From Octopus sinensis (taxonomy: Eukaryota), in the NCBI RefSeq assembly GCF_006345805.1, contig NC_043003.1, positions 86,056,001 to 86,120,000 of the forward strand: 64,000 bases of DNA, given 5' to 3'. A program made the position numbers and the translations under genes. Of the stretch, positions 55,541 to 64,000 are shown one piece after another. The notes beneath the pieces were generated by a model. It had not been told where the DNA came from. It searched no databases and worked only from the letters and a program-made list of their open reading frames with translations. The first letter of the stretch is position 1, and each line of letters starts with the position of its first letter.

Positions 55541-56010
55541 GGCGTGCAAAAGTATGTTTGACATGTATACATACATATTGAAACACAACTAAAAATATGT
55601 CTGAAATCTAATTCAGTGATAAAGAGAGAAAAACGAGTCAAAAATATATTTGAATCCCGCGGCTAAAATAGAATTATTATAACATTGTGTATTGTTCTAT
55701 TATAACAATAGCATATGTAAAGTAAAAATAATAAAAAAAACAAATACTAAAACTTTCTGCGGGAACATCTCTAAAGACAATAGAGTGGAAGAATCTTCAT
55801 TAACAATAGAAATCAATCATCTAGATAAAGCATATGAAACAAAAGTATACAATACGATAAAAGGAAGGTACGAATAGAGAGAATGAAAAGAAACATACAT
55901 CAGTATGAGGATTTCAGCCTAGCTGCTGAATAATTTATACAGACAATCAACAAGACAGCTTACATCTGAAATTTTCTCGGCATTGGTCGGCTTTCTGATT
56001 TATGATTAAA

Positions 56011-56121
56011 GTACTTAACCTGTATGTATGAAGAGACATTCTTGAGACATTCAATGAATGTCTCAGGTACTTAACCTCTATCTATAAAGAGATTTTCTTG
56101 AGACATTCAATGAATGTCTCA
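56011..56121. repeat. Two-unit 56-bp tandem repeat with an internal palindrome
   Basis: GTACTTAACCT...TGAGACATTCAATGAATGTCTCA occurs twice. Confidence 0.85.
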
Positions 56122-56829
56122 CCACCAACATCGGAATTGTAATGATGTTGATACAAATATATGGGAACAATGTACTGGCATCTACTCTGATAGAATAGAA
56201 AGTAAATTAATTAAACCTAAAATTAAGTTAGATTTATAGAAAGAAGGAAGAAATGAGAAAGAAACCATTCATAAAAGCACTATGGATTTGGTTAAAGTGA
56301 GGCGGTATAACATGGCTGCGCAAAAATAAACGATTAAAACAAGTCTTATGAAAGATACAAATAAACCGAAGAACCATACTATTAAACGTTGGGTGTGTGG
56401 GTCAATGATATCGAGTCTAAGAGTTCTGAGAGATGAGACATAAAAGCATAAAATAAAATAACATTATAAAGGGAAAAGATAACCAGCAAGGTTATGTCGT
56501 TTGAAACTATTATTGTAAATGGAAGTTGTAAGGTTTTGTGAACTTTTTTAACACGTTGATCATACTAGAGGAAAAAGTAAATAAACGACTTTAGTCACTG
56601 GCATAATGAAAAGAAATAATAGATTTTAATAAACCCTGTCCAAACAAGGTTGACGCCAAATAAATAGAAATTATTAATAACTATATAAACGCGAGCAGAA
56701 TATTGAGAAAAACACCAGGAAAAGTGAGTAAAAGAGTAGACGTTTCTTGCTGTTCTTGACGTTGTTATTGCTGTTGGTATTGTGTTATTATTGCAAATTT
56801 GCGACAAAACATCAGAAAAAGAAAGATAA

Positions 56830-58580
56830 CACTAGTCAGAAAAATTAAATGTATTATACGCATTATGAATGCAAACCAACTTTTTTAGACTAATTTTTCA
56901 TGCTGTTTATAAAATGTCACTCCATTTGATTGCAACACGTATCAGTTTTTTAGTAGATACATGCAAATATTTACATATTTGTATATATGAAATCATTAAC
57001 GTAATAAATAAGAACATATTATTTTTTTGAAAGTAAATGAGTTTATTGAGTTAAAAATCATCACTAACATTCTACACAGAGTGAATATACAAAACAAAAT
57101 GGGTCAAACAAAATAGACAAAGTTAGAAACTTGGATTTCCTGCGGAGTTCCTAATCTGGTTGATCGCTGTAAAGTGTCCAGCAGTAGTCAGCCAGCATAC
57201 TGTCATTCCAGAAGCCTTCGTACCGTTTCTCCATAGCACTAATGTCCTCGTGAAATCTTTCACCATGTTCATCAAACACTGATCCAAGGTTATCTGCGAC
57301 GAAATCCAGATGGGAGTCCAAGTGAACTTTCGGTGACATGCAACAACCCATTGCTGAGTAACATTTCAGAATGTTCTTGCTGCCATCCTTGTAGTCCATT
57401 CTAACAGATCTAATTGAAATCATTCCAGGCAAGCAGTTCCAGTTCATCCAGTGTTATCTTGAAGTTGACATCTTTGAGTATTTCTCTAATTTGGGGTCCA
57501 ACAAAGATACCGTCTTTCAACGTCGCCTGTGATTTTGGGAAACTTTACTACAATACACGCAACCCTCTGGCATTTCTCTTCCCTAGCGTCTTTACAAGCT
57601 GTTTCATCAGTCTAAACTTTATGTGCAAAAAAGGCAATAGGACATTACATGGATGTACAAGAGGTGTATTCTTAACAGTAGACAGTCCTTGCAGGTATAA
57701 CTTTCTTGTCTGCCAGTTTGATTCCGAATAATGTCTGTCAGTTGCCCGACTATCCTAAAGACACAAGCAATAACACTATTTTGTGAAACCTGACTGCATT
57801 CCCATTAACATTCCAATGACTGTTATATCACCACATATTTTCCTTGTGTATCTTTTAGAGGCAACGGCATGAAGTAAAAGTTCCATATTCTCATATAATT
57901 CATGAAGATGAACGGAGTATGCTATGGGAATGGAGGACTTCAAATTACCATTATGGAGAAGTACAGGTTTTAAACTTCATTTTGAAGAATCAATAAACAA
58001 ACGCCACTCTGCAGGATCATGATTTTGTGATAAACATTCGAAAAGTCCATAGAAGTTCCTGCAAAAGCAAAGCGGGCCTTCAACAGAAAAACACGTTTGT
58101 AGAACCACATTTCTCTGCCGAAAATAAGTTATACGAACATCGTGCTCTAGCAGATATTTCTCCTTCGGTCTTGATGCCAACAGTTCTGCTTTATCGTTTG
58201 AGAAGGGTAGTTCTCTGACAAAGTCATTCAGTTGGGGAAATTTCTGAGGTTCAAAGTTATCATCATCATCAGCCCATCTAATGTTTCAATACCATCATTT
58301 GGTGGAACTGGAATTGGCAGACTTCCATTGTGAAACAAAGGTCTCATTGCGGATTTCAAATTGGGATACACAATTTTGCGTTTATTCTTCAAAGAAAATC
58401 CTGTGACATTTACTTTGCAAAAATAACAGTCATTAAAATGGTCTTTTGGCTCCCTCCATATCACTGGAATGGCAAAAGGCATGGAGTTCTTATTGAAGCA
58501 GCCACGTAAGCCATTTCAGCAAGTTGAGGCAGATAAAATGTGATGCTCAATAAGGGTGGAACACTTGCAGAAAACAGCAC
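56830..58580 (-). mobile_element. Chapaev3-like (CMC) DNA transposon relic
   Basis: MPFAIPVIWREPKDHFNDCYFC; EWRLFIDSSK; GIFVGPQIRE; DEHGERFHEDI...MLADYCW; one CAC-starting end at 56830; the other end is missing. Family assignment is from recalled motifs. Confidence 0.7.
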
Positions 58581-58730
58581 TACTAGGAATAGCTCGAATA
58601 CTCCGGAAGGTGCTCGAAAAATAAGAGGGGTTGACTTAGTTCACTGGAAGTGAACAGCTTACACCGTAGTATATCTCTAGCGTTAGAAGCTGTGGAAAGG
58701 CAATAATAACAACAACAACAACAACAACAA

Positions 58731-59183
58731 CAGCAAATATTCTGCTCAATATCCACAGATTTGCTTTTCAGTTGTCTGACCGTAACCAGTTGAGCATGTC
58801 CCTTAGTGGCTGACGATATGTGCATCTCTGATCACGAGCAGAAGTAGTGGGGGGACATCATAGCCGTGTGTTGCAAGGGATTCTTGGAGGTTTCCATAAT
58901 TCACCTTTGGAAACATAGGTGGTTCGTTCAACATCCTTAAACAATCTTTATTCAGGGACCTTTTGAGCTGGATGGGTTACTTGACCAGAAGAAAATTCTA
59001 ACTGGATCCCACCTGCAAGGTCATATGCTGTTTATCTTGATATGAAATCACCATGTCGCGCACATATGGTTGTGATGCATGTGCCTGGTGTACCCTTATC
59101 AGACAGGGAGTCATGATGGGTATACTAGGCTTCGTATATTTTACCCCAGTGTCACTTTGATGGTATGCACTACTCTGACACTC
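58731..59183. mobile_element. Unclassified TAA-associated interspersed repeat (right part)
   Basis: Homologous to the 6688 element; flanked by (CAA)n and (TAA)n. Confidence 0.6.
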
Positions 59184-59198
59184 AATAATAATAATAAT

Positions 59199-59639
59199 CC
59201 TTCTAGTATAGGCACAAGGCCAGAAATTTTGGGGAGGGGATAGTGAATTACATTGACGGCAGTACTCAACTAGTAATTGATTTATCGACCCTGACAGGAT
59301 GAAAGGCAAAGTCGACCTCGGCGAAATCTGAACTCAGAACGTAGCGATAGGCGAAATACCGCTAAGCATTTTGCCCGGCAAGCTAACGGTTCTACCGGCT
59401 TGATGACATAATAATTATAATAATAACGGTTTCAATTTTTTCTAAAAGGGCAGCCATTTTGAGGGAGAGGTTTAGTTGATTACATAAACCTCCAGTGATA
59501 ACTGGTACTTATTTTATCGACCCGAAAGGATGAAAGGCAAAGTTGGCCTCGGCGGAATTTGAAGTTAGAACGTAGTGACGGTGAAATACCATTAAGCATT
59601 TTACACGGCATGCTAACGATTCTGCCAGCATGCCGCCTA
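59199..59639 (-). mobile_element. Two adjacent SINE family D copies
   Basis: GAAAGGCAAAGT(C/T)G(A/G)CCTCGGCG at about 59302 and 59533. Confidence 0.7.
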
Positions 59640-59739
<100 letters not shown>

Positions 59740-59750
59740 TAATAATAATA

Positions 59751-61252
59751 AAATGTGCCAAAGCAACCATGAAAAGAGGAAAACTAGTTAAGATTAGCTA
59801 CATCATACTAGATAAAGCCAATGAAATAATAGAATTAGACGAAAGCCAGACATACAAATATTTAGGAATTAATAAACTAGATACGATACAACACACACAA
59901 TGAAAGACAAAATAAAGAAAGAATACTATAGACGAGTTAGATCAATACTGAAAACAGAACTCAATGCTAAAAACAATATAATAGGTATTAACATTTTAGC
60001 CGTCCCAGTTATAAGTTACTGCTAAAATATCCTTAACTGGACACTAAATGAACTAACCAAAATAGACAGGAAAACAAGAAAAATAATGACAGGAGCTAGG
60101 ATACACCACCCAAAATCTGACATAGAAAGGCTATATATACAACGTATAGAAGGTAGTAGAGGCCTTATACAGCTGGAAAACTATTATAAAATAACCACCA
60201 TAGGACTGCAAAAGTACCTACTTCAGAAGGAAGGAAAACTAATACAAATAGCCACAAAACATGAGCAAAACACACAAAAAAAAACTGTTTTCAGTATTTA
60301 AGGAAACTGTCAAATACAACAAATAAGAAGTCATACTACCTAACACATATGAAGAAGAAGAAGAAACAACAAAAGCTATAAAGCAAATGAAATCCAAACT
60401 AAAACTAGAACAACAACGAACCATGATAAAACGATGGCAAGAAAAGCCCCTTCATGGCAAATACTGGGCTAAACTAAATCCAAAAGAAATAGACAGAGAA
60501 AAAGGTCAGCAATGATTGAGAAGCTCAGGACTCAAAGCAGAGACTGAAGGATTTTTAATTGCAATACAAGACCAAAGCCTCCCCACCAGAAATTACCAAA
60601 AACATATAATGAAAAAGAAACATAACAAGTAACTGCAGAATATGTGGAGAAGGACAAGAAACAATAAATCATATTATCTCTGGCTGCCCAGTACTGGCTA
60701 ACAAGGAATATATTCACAGATACGACGGAGTTGGGACCTACATACACCGGAAGCTATGCCAACACTATGGAATAATAACAGAAAAAAGATGGTATAGGCA
60801 CACGCCAGAAAAGGTCACAGAAAACGAGAAAGCAACCATACGCTGATAGAGAAATTAAGGCCAATAGGCCAGATATAGTTCTCAGAGATGATGAAGAAAA
60901 AAATGCTTTCTAATAGATGTATCAATACCAGCAGATGACAACGTTTCTCTAAAAGCTTTCAAAATACAAAGACCTGGAAAAAGAGGTAACTCGAATGTGG
61001 AATCTAAAAACAGAAACAATTCCTATCATAGTGGACGCATTAGGTATGATAAAAAAATATTCAGACAAATACATAACAAAAACACCAGGACTTACAAATA
61101 TATATATAACATACAGAAAATTGCACTACTGGGCACTGCACACCTCCTACGCAATCATAAGAGCATCACAGCAAACCACGGCACATACCCAAGGCGCACA
61201 GAGCTGCGCTCGGTAGTGAAGTGAAATCACGTTATAAAAATAAGACTACTGA

Positions 61253-61254
<2 letters not shown>
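59751..61254 (+). mobile_element. 5'-truncated Dong/R4-clade non-LTR retrotransposon
   Basis: TYKYLG; HHPKSDIERLYIQRIEGSRGL; CRICGEGQETINHIISGCPVL zinc knuckle; RPDIV...DVSIP...KYKDL RLE domain; QKIALLGTAH; (TAA)n on both sides. Confidence 0.9.
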
Positions 61255-61322
<68 letters not shown>

Positions 61323-61753
61323 CATGGTTTCAAATTTTGCAGCCAGTTGCCGATTACAGTAAGAGGTTAGTAAACGGAAATGACCAGATGGGCTACGTAA
61401 TATGCAAAAAAGGTGAGATGTTCACTATGAATGTTTATTAGTGGGACATGACTAACTGCAGGCATGTATTGAGATGACAAAATATATGAAATTGTTATGG
61501 GTTACAAAAACAGAAAATTACGGATTCTCTCGAGTATTTGAAGGATTTTGAGGAACAAATCGACCCCAGTGCTTTCTTAAAATCTGGTATCTTTTCTATC
61601 ATCATTTATTGCCAAGCTGCTAAGCGACATGGATTGAAACATGCACATCTTTTGACAAACACAAAAGCAAGCACACACACACGCAAACGTGTAGATAGAT
61701 AGATTTATGTATGTATGTATGTATGTATGTATGTATGTATGTATGTATGTATG

Positions 61754-61788
<35 letters not shown>

Positions 61789-61816
61789 TTCTCTCTCTCT
61801 CTCTCTCTCTCTCTCC

Positions 61817-61887
<71 letters not shown>

Positions 61888-62707
61888 CTTGTAAGAGCGG
61901 GTGTATTCGTGCCATGAAGTTTGCCCGATGGCGTTTATACTCCCATATTTATTAACGGTTATTTTTAATACTTTTCTCGCTGGATTCCGTGTTCCTTTCT
62001 CTTTTTGCATATGTGATTTTATTTTTGATCTACATAAACGAAGATATTACCTCCGTCTGTCTGCTTTTCTTTCTTCAAAACGAGAAGTTACTGCGAAGAA
62101 CTATTATTTTAACGAGTTGTATTTATTTATCACCCGACGAGATACATCTGCACCGCCGGGTGCTCCTGAAACAGCTGTTGAGTGTCCCGCCCATGAGGAA
62201 TCGATGCTAGATGTGTTGAAACAATTGATTAATAATAAATTCTCGTATATTCCTTCCGTCTTTCATTTGCCACATATATTCAATTTTCACCGACCAAATC
62301 CACTCACAGCTTTGATCGCTCCAAAGCGAGAGTAGAAAACACTTGTCCACGGTACTACGCAGTATGACTGAATCAGAACTATGTGGTTGGGAACGAAATT
62401 TCTTACAAGACAGCCATACGCTGTGTATTTGTTATGCAAAGGAAGATATAACTCTATTGTAACTATTTAAGTTGCTTTATATTTTTCTCTCCCACCGTCT
62501 CTATGTTTGTATATTTGCGTGCGTTTTTCCATATGCGAATGTGGAAAAATACGTCTTTGTGTCGTTCATGCTCATTTAACACATTTTTAATCTCTCCCTC
62601 TCTCGCCCTATCTCTTACCCCACCTCTCTCTCTCTCTCTCTGTATGTGAATAGGGGACGGGTTTATGTGTGTTGAATCTACTTAATATATGTAATATTTC
62701 TCTCTCC

Positions 62708-62738
<31 letters not shown>

Positions 62739-64000
62739 ACATTTTTATGCTTCTGCGAGCGCACATGGATGTGCATGCAGTGTACATGTGCATGTACGTC
62801 TTGTGCATGTACGTGCATATTTGCCAAAAGTGCCCCCAAAAAAATGTCACCAAAGAAAATCCTCATCAAAAGTAGTTTAGTAGTACCTAGACATCTATGC
62901 TGACTGACACCCTAACAGCTGCGCCCGGACCGCCAATCTCATTTTTATGCAAACCCTAAACAACGAAACGAAAGGTCGATTTTTGAGCAGGATTTGAACC
63001 CAGAGTACCTAGGTAAATAATCGAATATGTTTTTCCTACAGCTCTATTGCTTCTGCTATCTAATAATTATTTCTAACAATCAGTTATGGCCATAAATTTG
63101 TGGGCTTTTATCTTTTTATTTTCTTTTTATTTGGACAACAGCCATATAGGGAATCAATTACATCATATCCATCGACGCTGGAGAGATGAAAGTAAAGGTT
63201 AATCCCGGTGAGATTTGGACCCTGAACGAAGCGGGACGGAATTGGATACTTCGCATTTAGTTCGAAACTGGACTATTTAGGCTATTCATTTCTCCCATAA
63301 CCATAATCCGTTGTTGTTGTTGTTAGTATTATTATTATTATTATAATTTTATTGCTGTTCCTAACAATAACAACAACATAAAAGATCTATAGCGTTGTAC
63401 CAGTAATGGAAAGTACTTGAAAATATTTCCTCCCAACTGGATATTGAAAACAAGCAATAGAAGAATGCTTCCAATTATGGGCAAACGTGGTTCTCAAACA
63501 TACTATGACAAAATAGGAAGAAGAAAAACATGTATAAAATCATATGGAAAAAGAAAAACGAATGAAGGCTTCAAAGAAAAGTGAGTTAATGAGGCTATTT
63601 TTAAATATTACTAACTTGCTTGCTCGCATAACACTTGCATGTGTGATGCATTACATTCCGATTTTTTTCGCGTTTGGATTTTGGTTTGAAGTTTCAAATT
63701 GATAAAATTAATGAAAACAAATAAACATTGATTGGAAATACTTAACGTCTGAGATTTAAATATACACTTCATAAAGAAGAAAAAATATTTTACGAAACAT
63801 ATTACGCACAAAGAAATACATCATTATGTGTCATCTACTCAGCATATTGTGTATCAAGTATATCCATTCGGATTCTTTTTCCCGCCATTCTTACACTTTT
63901 AGTATATCATAGTGTAGTACAGATCTTAATGTTATCAAACCCGGTCTTCCTTTAGAGCGTTTATCGTTTATCTTTTGTTTTAGTATTACTTTTAAAATAC

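Overview
AT-rich, microsatellite-saturated eukaryotic genomic DNA. The SINE and TE repertoire suggests an octopus or other coleoid cephalopod (inference). Most ORFs in the supplied track are artefacts of (TA)n, (CA)n, (TATC)n and (TAA)n repeats. The only host gene I can support is on the minus strand: three phase-2 LRR exons (29763-29834, 25499-25567, 20291-20434) that splice in frame into a type-B LGR (LGR4/5/6 or rickets-like GPCR) ectodomain segment. The rest is intronic or intergenic DNA with decayed TEs: RTE, CR1/L2-like, Dong/R4 inserted in (TAA)n, a HERO-like RLE LINE, Penelope-like (PLE) relics, Tc1, mariners, maT, a Chapaev3-like element, Helitron/Helentron-like non-autonomous elements and tRNA-SINEs. 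The most notable signal is a recurrent class of (TA)n-embedded fold-back elements with unrelated sequences, whose inverted arms start inside a type I hammerhead ribozyme motif. Two copies (48815-48921 and 28963-29028) keep a complete catalytic core on the + strand, antisense to the LGR exons. All structures were assigned by eye; none were computed.
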